NCBI GenBank assembly: GCA_038231275.1
Contig: JBBRLQ010000005.1
Location: 64,001 to 128,000, forward strand
From: Polyangiales bacterium
GTDB lineage: Bacteria > Myxococcota_A > Polyangia > Polyangiales > Polyangiaceae
Direction: 5' to 3'
Length of the DNA stretch: 64,000 bases
Shown here: positions 1-6,713 of the stretch, one piece after another
How positions within the stretch are numbered: position 1 is the first letter of the stretch
How the letters are laid out: every line of letters begins with the position of its first letter
Position numbers and translations under genes: made by a program
Notes under the pieces: generated by a model
Told to the model about the DNA's origin: nothing
What the model saw: the letters and a program-made list of their open reading frames with translations, nothing else
Database searches by the model: none

Positions 1-172
1 GCGTCGCGGCGACGGCGGCGTGCTTCAGGACGAGCTTCGCGTTCGCCAGCGCGGCGACCTGCGTGAAGCAGAAGAACATCATGAGGAGCGGCACCGCGGC
101 GATGACGAACTCCACGAGGACGGCGCCTCGCTCGTCTCGCGTGCTGCATGTGCCGCGCCGCGTCGACGTCAC
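1..172 (-). CDS. TadE/TadG-like pseudopilin (partial, runs off left edge)
   Basis: Manual translation from GTG at 172, which overlaps the TGA of the peptidase (GTGA): MTSTRRGTCSTRDERGAVLVEFVIAAVPLLMMFFCFTQ... The G|AxxxEF prepilin motif is followed by a hydrophobic helix. Not in the ORF track. Confidence 0.8.
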   Translation of the reverse strand, partial: MTSTRRGTCSTRDERGAVLVEFVIAAVPLLMMFFCFTQVAALANAKLVLKHAAVAAT

Positions 173-714
173 CGCGCCCTCCAATGCATGAGCGCGGCCA
201 GAGCGGTGCCCACGAAGATGGCGGGTCCGAGACGGAACCACGACATCATCTCCTGGTCGACGGTGCGGCGCTTTTCTTTGGGCATGAAGGGGTTGATCGC
301 GAGGGCCAGCGTGTTCTTGAGGGTCTTGAGGAGCTTTCCTTCGTAGGCGAGGCGCGCGGGAGCGAGGAGAGCGGCGGCGACGAATCCGTAGGTCTGGGCT
401 TCGAGCCCCATCATCGGCTGGAGCAGGGCGCCGAGCGCCGCGAACAGCTTCACGTCCCCGAACCCGATCGCGCTCTGCCGGTAGAGGAGGAGCGGGATCG
501 CCGCGCACCCGATGGCGCCGGCGAGCGACCATCCGGCTTCGCTCACGGCAACGTCGGTCCCCGCGTGGGTGACGACGCCGCGGAGCAAGTACGCGACGGG
601 AGCGCCGAGAAGGACAGGAAGCGTGAGCTTGTCGGGGATGATCCCGGTGCGCCAGTCACTTACGGCGGCGATCCCGGCGACGACGACCGCAGCAACGAGG
701 AAGGGCAGCATCAC
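169..714 (-). CDS. A24 family prepilin peptidase (TadV/CpaA-like)
   Basis: Hydrophobic 181 aa protein with the two catalytic Asp motifs 'SDWRTGIIPD' and 'GFGDVKL'; lies beside Flp pilins. Confidence 0.9.
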   Translation of the reverse strand: MMLPFLVAAVVVAGIAAVSDWRTGIIPDKLTLPVLLGAPVAYLLRGVVTHAGTDVAVSEAGWSLAGAIGCAAIPLLLYRQSAIGFGDVKLFAALGALLQPMMGLEAQTYGFVAAALLAPARLAYEGKLLKTLKNTLALAINPFMPKEKRRTVDQEMMSWFRLGPAIFVGTALAALMHWRAR

Positions 715-831
715 GCTTTCAGGAGAGCACGGTGGGAACGACGCCCACGCGCGCGGGGCACACGCCTCCCGTCCGCACCGAGAGCCTGCGCGTGGACGAA
801 CGAGTGGCGTGCGAGAGTCGACGCAGCAGTG

Positions 832-1002
832 TTAGAGCTGGCCGCCGGCGCTGGTCGCCGCTGCGCCGACCTTGGGACCGAGCGCCTTGTATGCGCCGGC
901 CGCGAGGAGGAGGATCGCGACGAGAAGGAGAGCGTACTCGACCATGCTGGCGCCACGAGCGCGCGAGCGGAGACGAGCAGGGGTGGGTCGAGCCATCTTC
1001 AT
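832..1002 (-). CDS. flp: Flp family type IVb pilin
   Basis: 56 aa, 'RG|ASMVEYALLLVAILLLAAGAY'; AAGGAG RBS upstream of ATG at 1002. Confidence 0.88.
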   Translation of the reverse strand: MKMARPTPARLRSRARGASMVEYALLLVAILLLAAGAYKALGPKVGAAATSAGGQL

Positions 1003-1060
1003 GTTGTCGTGTTCTCCTTGGGTTTCGAGAGGCAAAGGATTCGGTAGCTTGTGTGATTCG

Positions 1061-1279
1061 CTACGGCGTGTTCTGGAGCATCATCGCGCGCTCGCGCTGG
1101 TAGTTCGCGTACATCTGCACGCCGCCGACGCCGATGCCGATCATCGTCGGGATCGCAACCGCCACGAGGAGTAGCGCGTACTCCACGAGCACGGCCCCGC
1201 GAGCGCTCGCGAGCGCGACACGTCGCGAGCGGCGATTGCGAGGTTTGGCGCTGGTGGGCGCGTTGGCAGGTTTGTTCAT
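1061..1279 (-). CDS. Second Flp/TadE-like pilin
   Basis: 72 aa from MNKPAN; 'RG|AVLVEYALLLVAVAIPTMIGIGVGG' Flp motif. Confidence 0.8.
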   Translation of the reverse strand: MNKPANAPTSAKPRNRRSRRVALASARGAVLVEYALLLVAVAIPTMIGIGVGGVQMYANYQRERAMMLQNTP

Positions 1280-1363
1280 GATCGAGATTGGCCGAGATTC
1301 CAACGGATCAGAGTAGCGAATTCCGTTCGGGCTGCATCCGTATGATGCGTGTGGAACAATCAC

Positions 1364-1379
1364 TACATGCTTCGTGCCA
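1364..1379 (-). promoter_or_regulatory. Possible sigma54 (-24/-12) promoter of the pilin genes
   Basis: Minus strand TGGCACGAAGCATGTA versus consensus TGGCACG-N4-TTGCW. The -24 element is perfect and the -12 is imperfect (ATGT). About 85 bp upstream of the first pilin. Confidence 0.35.
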
Positions 1380-1555
1380 GGGAGGTTCGGCTCGCCTCGC
1401 GCGTATTGGGCGGCTGAATCCGAGCACCTACCGAACGAATGCGCACACTATCCGACATTGTCTTCCGGATCGCCTACGCCCCAGCGGCTCCATACCGATC
1501 CACAAATGGGGACCGCCCCCCCAGGCCCCGCGCGGGCGAACAAACGCCGTCACTT

Positions 1556-1590
1556 AGGAGCGTTTCGCTCCGCTGCGCTTCGCTCCACTC
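1556..1590. repeat. 35-bp REP-like palindromic repeat, copy 1
   Basis: AGGAGCGTTTCGCTCCGCTGCGCTTCGCTCCACTC is identical to 58317-58351 and contains the hairpin GGAGCG-TTT-CGCTCC. Confidence 0.85.
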
Positions 1591-1592
1591 CT

Positions 1593-2261
1593 TCAGAGGT
1601 GCGTGGGCTTTTTCGGACCGGCGACGTACTTCACGGGATCTTTGTCGCGCGTGAAGCGCTGATCGAAGAGGAACACCTCGTCTTGCGCGCGCACGACGAA
1701 GGGCGCGGTGGGGTTCTGCGGGCGGAGCTTCTCGTTGCCGCGCTCGCCTGTCGCGAGCATGAGCTCGAACGAATCACCGGGCTTGGCGGGCAAGAAGAAG
1801 TGCGCGGCGCCCGATGCGTCGGTGCGCGCGACCTCCTTGTTCAAGTACATCACCGGGAGGTTCGCGCCGTTCTCCGCGCGGATCGCGACGACGACCGCGC
1901 GCTGGTTCGGCGGGCAAACGGCGTCGTATTGCGGTAGGCGCGAGGGATCGGAGATCCGGCGGAGCGACGCGGGGACCGGCTTCGTCGGGCTGCTGAAGCC
2001 GTCGGGGCAACGCACCCAGAGGTCGAACGTGTCGCCCTCGTTTCCCACGAACGAGAGGCGCGCGCGCCCATCGGCCTGCGTCGTCCCGCGCTCGCGGCCG
2101 TTGACGACGAGCACCGCGCCGGCGAGCGGTCGCCCCGGATCGCTCTCGACGTGCGCGAGGATCTCGAAGGGAGGCTGCGTCTTCTTGTCGAGGCTCTGAC
2201 ACCCGAAAACGCCGGAAGCGAGCGCGATCGAAGCGACGGCGATGGCGAACGGTCCTTTCAT
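1593..2261 (-). CDS. Hypothetical lipoprotein (two beta-sandwich-like repeats)
   Basis: Lipobox-like 'GVFGC'; repeated 'GTTQADGRA' / 'ARTDASGAA' segments; GAGGA RBS. Confidence 0.7.
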   Translation of the reverse strand: MKGPFAIAVASIALASGVFGCQSLDKKTQPPFEILAHVESDPGRPLAGAVLVVNGRERGTTQADGRARLSFVGNEGDTFDLWVRCPDGFSSPTKPVPASLRRISDPSRLPQYDAVCPPNQRAVVVAIRAENGANLPVMYLNKEVARTDASGAAHFFLPAKPGDSFELMLATGERGNEKLRPQNPTAPFVVRAQDEVFLFDQRFTRDKDPVKYVAGPKKPTHL

Positions 2262-2318
2262 CCTCCTCGAAAGCTATGGGCAAGCGGCGCCGTGTCAAGG
2301 CGGCCCACGACGGTCGCG

Positions 2319-3722
2319 TCAGCGGACGTGCTTCTTCGCCATGTTGAGCGCTTCGTCGACCATGAGCTGCTGCTCGCCCGCGTCCTCCCAGCGACGCTGA
2401 ATGACCGTCGAGAGCTGGTGGAGCGGATCGAAGTAGAGGAAGAACTGCCCCGGCTTCACGCTCGGCGCCGTGTAGACGCTGATGCCCGTCTCGCGGTTGT
2501 AATACTCGTACGAGTGCGCGTCGCGCTTGCCGCCGCCGCCTGGCGCGTCGACGACGAACGTGGGCGTGTTGAAGCCGGCGGTGCTGCCGCGTACGTGTTT
2601 TTCCAGGTAAATCGCGGTGTCGACGGTGGTGCGGAGATCCTCGACGCCCTTCACGAGATCGTGCACGTAGACGTAGTACGGGTGCACGTTGACGTGGCCG
2701 AGGCGCTTCACGAGGAGCGTCATCACCTCCGGCGTGTCGTTCACGCCGCGCTGGAGCACGCTCTGGTTTCGCACGGTGATGCCGCGCTCCATGAGCTTGT
2801 CGAGGCCGCGCTCGGTGTGGCTCGTGATCTCATTGGGGTGGTTGAAGTGCGTGTGGAGGACGACCTCCTTGTGCATCTTGCGCCCCTTCTCGACGATGCC
2901 GGTGAGCGCGTCGACCCACGGATCGTCGGTGAGGAGCTTCTGCGGCATGACCGCGGGCCCCTTGCTGGCGAAGCGCATGCGGCGGACGTTCGGCATGGCC
3001 AGCAGCGCCTCGCCGATCTCGGTCAAGTGGCTCGCGCGGAGCTGGTACGCGTCGCCGCCGGAGATGACGATGTCGGCGAGCTCGGGGCGCGAGGCGATGT
3101 AGTTGAACGCGCGCTTCCACCGGTCGTCGTTGGGTCGGAGGTGGACCTTCTCGACCTCCTCGGTGTCGAGCCCGATCGCGTAGCTGCGCGTGCAGAAGCG
3201 GCAGTAGACGGGGCACGTGTCGAGCGGCAGAAAGAGCGCCTTGTCGGGGTAGCGGTGGGTGAGGCCCGGCACCGGCGCGTCCTCTTGCTCGTGAAGCGAG
3301 TCGAGGTTCAGCTTCGGGTGATCGCCGAGGAGGCGCGACGCGAGCGGGAAGAACTGGATGCGCAGCGGATCGGTGTACGGGTTCTCCCAATCGATGAGCG
3401 AGCAGAGGTACGGGCTCACGCGAACGCTCATCGGCGATTTCTTGATGCCGAGCTCGGTGTCTTTGATGAAATCGGCGGGGACGAGATCCTTCACCGTCGC
3501 AAGCAGCTTCTCGATCTTCGTGATCGAGTTCTTCGCCTGCCAGTTGTGATCGAGGAACTGCTCTTCGCTCACGTCCTTGTACGCGGGGATCTTCTTCCAC
3601 CACTCGCCGGAACGCAGGTCCTTGTAGGCGAGCGTGGCCGGATCGGCCGGCGGCTTCTTCGCGACGATCGGCTCGTCCTGGATGACCCGGAGGGTGGTGG
3701 GCGGCGTCTGCTGGACGGTCAT
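2319..3722 (-). CDS. KamA family radical SAM enzyme (lysine 2,3-aminomutase-like)
   Basis: CPVYCRFC radical SAM motif, 'HRYPDKALF', 'SGGDA', 'THFNHPNE', 'NQSVLQRGVND' and PLP-lysine motif 'DAPGGGGK'. Start taken at MTVQQ. Confidence 0.92.
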   Translation of the reverse strand: MTVQQTPPTTLRVIQDEPIVAKKPPADPATLAYKDLRSGEWWKKIPAYKDVSEEQFLDHNWQAKNSITKIEKLLATVKDLVPADFIKDTELGIKKSPMSVRVSPYLCSLIDWENPYTDPLRIQFFPLASRLLGDHPKLNLDSLHEQEDAPVPGLTHRYPDKALFLPLDTCPVYCRFCTRSYAIGLDTEEVEKVHLRPNDDRWKRAFNYIASRPELADIVISGGDAYQLRASHLTEIGEALLAMPNVRRMRFASKGPAVMPQKLLTDDPWVDALTGIVEKGRKMHKEVVLHTHFNHPNEITSHTERGLDKLMERGITVRNQSVLQRGVNDTPEVMTLLVKRLGHVNVHPYYVYVHDLVKGVEDLRTTVDTAIYLEKHVRGSTAGFNTPTFVVDAPGGGGKRDAHSYEYYNRETGISVYTAPSVKPGQFFLYFDPLHQLSTVIQRRWEDAGEQQLMVDEALNMAKKHVR

Positions 3723-3786
3723 GATTTCTGCCTTTTCCCACGGCGTCGCGGGCAGCGCAATCGTAGCGCTTCTGGCCGACTCTCGC

Positions 3787-4818
3787 TTAGGTCGCATAAC
3801 GCGCCGCGGCGCGACGGAGAGCGGCCGCGACGGAAGCGGCGAGGGTGTCGGGCTCGATGACGCGGGCCTGATCGCCGAATCCGAGCACCCAGCGGGTGAG
3901 CTCGGTCGTGTCGGGCAGGGACAAGGAGAGGCGGACGCGGCCGTCTGGGGCGACGGCAACCTTCTGAGACGGGTGGAGCTTCGTGCGCTGCACCTCATGC
4001 GCGGCCTTCGCGTCGAACTCGACCACGACGCGCGTGCGAGGGCCCGGCCGAGCGACGCCGAACGCACCTTGCAGGAATGGCGTGACGTCGAAATCGGCGG
4101 GGAGGGGGAATCGCTCCTCTTCGTGAGCCGTCACTTCGGTCATCCGCTCGAACGCGAAGCTCCGCACCTCGGCGGCGCCGAGCTCCCAGCCGACCAGGAC
4201 GATTGCTCCTTTGTGAAGCACCATCGCGTACGGGTGGAGGTGGCGCGACGTGCCCTCGTACGCGAAGCGGACCGCGTAGAGCTCGGCGACCGCCAAGAAG
4301 ATCGCGTCGACCTCGTCGCCACGCTTCGCGATCGCGCGGGGCGGATGGGGCAGGTACACGAAGCGCTCCTCGAGGCGCTGATCGCTCGCGATCTCTCCCT
4401 TCATGACGGCGCGCGCGGGGCGCTGCGCGAGCTGGAGGATCTGGCGGTGGGCGAGATCGAGCTCGTCGAAGATCGCCGACCCGCGGAGGGGCTCGAACGC
4501 GGCGCGCGCGGCGAGGAGGGCGTAGGCCTGCGTTCGGCGGAGGTGAACGGAGCGGCCGCGCTCGGTCGGCTTGATCCGCCAGAGGTGCGCGCCGCCGGGC
4601 TCCTTCGAGAGCGACTCGAGCTCGGTGATCTTCGCGAGCTCGTCGAGGTACCGGCGCACCGAGCGCGTCGTGACGTGCAGCATTGCCGCGAGATCGGCGA
4701 GCTCCACGCCGCCGGGGTGCGCCTCGAGCGCGGTCTGGAGCTTCGAGAGGCGCCTGTGCTGCGTGAAGCTCCCGAGGGGTCGGCCGAGCCGCTTCTTCGC
4801 GCGGGGGGAGGGTCTCAC
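3787..4818 (-). CDS. HTH-WYL-WCX (PafC/DriD-like) transcriptional regulator with degenerate WYL motif
   Basis: N-terminal wHTH 'LADLAAMLHVTTRSVRRYLDEL'; WYL-like 'RHLHPYAM...VRSFAFERM'; WCX 'WVLGFGDQARVIEP'. Confidence 0.88.
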   Translation of the reverse strand: MRPSPRAKKRLGRPLGSFTQHRRLSKLQTALEAHPGGVELADLAAMLHVTTRSVRRYLDELAKITELESLSKEPGGAHLWRIKPTERGRSVHLRRTQAYALLAARAAFEPLRGSAIFDELDLAHRQILQLAQRPARAVMKGEIASDQRLEERFVYLPHPPRAIAKRGDEVDAIFLAVAELYAVRFAYEGTSRHLHPYAMVLHKGAIVLVGWELGAAEVRSFAFERMTEVTAHEEERFPLPADFDVTPFLQGAFGVARPGPRTRVVVEFDAKAAHEVQRTKLHPSQKVAVAPDGRVRLSLSLPDTTELTRWVLGFGDQARVIEPDTLAASVAAALRRAAARYAT

Positions 4819-4831
4819 TCGGGTCGCGCCG

Positions 4832-5335
4832 TCAGGGAAGGGGACGCGTGCGGAGCTCGGATTTGTACTTGTTCTTGTACTGCTTGTGGCACTCGGTGCA
4901 CGACGCGCGCGCGGCGTCGAGGTTCCCCGCGCGCGCCGCCGCGGCTCCGTCCTTCGTGATCGAGACCCAGTTCGTGTACCCCGGCGGCGCCATTCCGACG
5001 ATCGCGTCGAGCGCCTTGGCGAGCGCGGGCAGGTCCCCCGCCTGGCTCGCGGCCGACGTGTTGTCCTTCATCCACTTCTGCATCGGGCAGTCGGGAAGGC
5101 CTTTTTTTCCGCACGTGACGCCGCCGTCGCCGCCCCCATCCGCCAGCGGCGCAGGCGCAGGTGCCGAGGCCGACGCCGTTGCCGACGCCGACGCCGACGC
5201 CGTTGCCGACACCGACGCCGACACGGGGACCGACGCCGACACCGACGCCGACACGGAAGGAGCAGGGCTGGAGCCCTCGGATTTGGAGCACGCGAGGAGC
5301 GCCGCGAGCGCGGCGATGGGGATCGAAGCACGCAT
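4832..5335 (-). CDS. Lipoprotein with Ser/Ala linker and C-terminal CxxCH (cytochrome c'-like)
   Basis: 'LAALLAC' lipobox, SASV/SA low-complexity linker, helical domain ending 'ASCTECHKQYK'. Confidence 0.75.
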   Translation of the reverse strand: MRASIPIAALAALLACSKSEGSSPAPSVSASVSASVPVSASVSATASASASATASASAPAPAPLADGGGDGGVTCGKKGLPDCPMQKWMKDNTSAASQAGDLPALAKALDAIVGMAPPGYTNWVSITKDGAAAARAGNLDAARASCTECHKQYKNKYKSELRTRPLP

Positions 5336-5392
5336 GGGCCCCGAGTCTACGCGGTTCATTGTCGCCGGGTGAAGGAGTACGATCGCGCGACC

Positions 5393-6703
5393 ATGCGGAC
5401 CAACGTCGAGCTCATCGCTTCCAAGCGAGACGGTCAGCGGCTTACCGACGCCGAGATCCGCGGGCTCATCGGCTCGTTCATGGACGGCGGCCTCGCGGAC
5501 TACCAGATGGCGTCGCTCCTGATGGCGATCTTCTTCCGCGGCCTCGACGACGCCGAGACCGTCTCGCTGACCGAGGCGATGCTCCACTCCGGCAAGGTGC
5601 TCGATCTGTCGGCCATCCCCGGAACCAAGGTCGACAAGCACTCCACCGGCGGCGTCGGCGACAAGGTGTCGATCTGCCTCGCGCCGCTCGTGGCCGCGTG
5701 CGGCGTACCGGTGCCGATGGTCAGCGGCCGCGGCCTCGGCCACACCGGCGGGACCCTCGACAAGCTCGAGGCGATCCCTGGATTTCGCACCGACCTGTCG
5801 ACCGATGACTTTGCGCGCCTCGTCGGCTCGGTCGGGACGTGCATGATTGGACAGACGAAGGACGTCGCGCCCGCCGACAAGCGCATCTACGCGCTGCGCG
5901 ACGTCACCGCGACGGTGGAGTGCGTGCCGCTCATCGTCGCATCGATCTTGTCGAAGAAGCTCGCGGAGGGCATCGACGGCCTCGTCCTCGACGTCAAGGT
6001 CGGCCGCGGCGCGTTCATGAAGGATCTGGAGCACGCGACGACCCTCGCGCAGGCGCTCGTCCGCGTGGGGACGCGCGCAGGCAAGAAGGTGGTCGCCGTC
6101 CTCACGTCGATGGAGTCGCCGCTGGGCGAGGCGGTCGGCAACGCGCTCGAGACGCGCGAGGCGATCGAGGTCTTGCACGGCAAGGGGCCCGCCGATCTCG
6201 TCGAGTGCACGATGGTGCTCGGCGCGGAGATGCTGGTCCTCGGCGGCAAGGCGAAGGACGAAGCCTCGGCGCGCGCGCGGCTCGCGGAGGTGATCGCGAA
6301 CGGCTCGGCGCGTCGCACGATGGAGCGGATGATCGCCGCGCAGGGCGGGGATCCGGCCGTCGTCGCCGAGCCTTCGCGCCTTGCCGTCGCCGCGCACGAC
6401 GTGAAGATCGCGGCGCCGAGCGACGGGTTCGTGACGCGGGCCGACGCGCTCGAGATCGGGCTCGCCGCCGTGGCGATGGGGGCCGGCCGCACGCGGGCCG
6501 ATCAAGCGGTCGATCCGGCGGTCGGCATCTCGGTGCACGCCAAGCCGGGCGCGCGCGTGGCGATGGGGGACGCGCTCGCCACGTTGCATGTGCGCCACGC
6601 GGCCGACGCCGCGCCGATCGCGGATCGCGTCGGGGCCGCGTTCGAGGTGGGGCCGGCGGCGCCACCGCCAAGACCGTTGGTCCTTGGCCGCATCGAGGCG
6701 TGA
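5393..6703 (+). CDS. deoA: Thymidine/pyrimidine-nucleoside phosphorylase
   Basis: 'DKHSTGGVGDK', 'SGRGLGHTGGTLDKLE', 'SILSKKLAEG', 'DVKVGRGAFMK'. Confidence 0.95.
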   Translation: MRTNVELIASKRDGQRLTDAEIRGLIGSFMDGGLADYQMASLLMAIFFRGLDDAETVSLTEAMLHSGKVLDLSAIPGTKVDKHSTGGVGDKVSICLAPLVAACGVPVPMVSGRGLGHTGGTLDKLEAIPGFRTDLSTDDFARLVGSVGTCMIGQTKDVAPADKRIYALRDVTATVECVPLIVASILSKKLAEGIDGLVLDVKVGRGAFMKDLEHATTLAQALVRVGTRAGKKVVAVLTSMESPLGEAVGNALETREAIEVLHGKGPADLVECTMVLGAEMLVLGGKAKDEASARARLAEVIANGSARRTMERMIAAQGGDPAVVAEPSRLAVAAHDVKIAAPSDGFVTRADALEIGLAAVAMGAGRTRADQAVDPAVGISVHAKPGARVAMGDALATLHVRHAADAAPIADRVGAAFEVGPAAPPPRPLVLGRIEA

Positions 6704-6713
6704 CGGGGACACG

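Noticed and set aside
5160-5255. Tandem GCCGAC/ACCGAC hexamer array
   Set aside because: Encodes the Ser/Ala/Val linker of the cytochrome lipoprotein; no spacers, so not CRISPR or an independent repeat.
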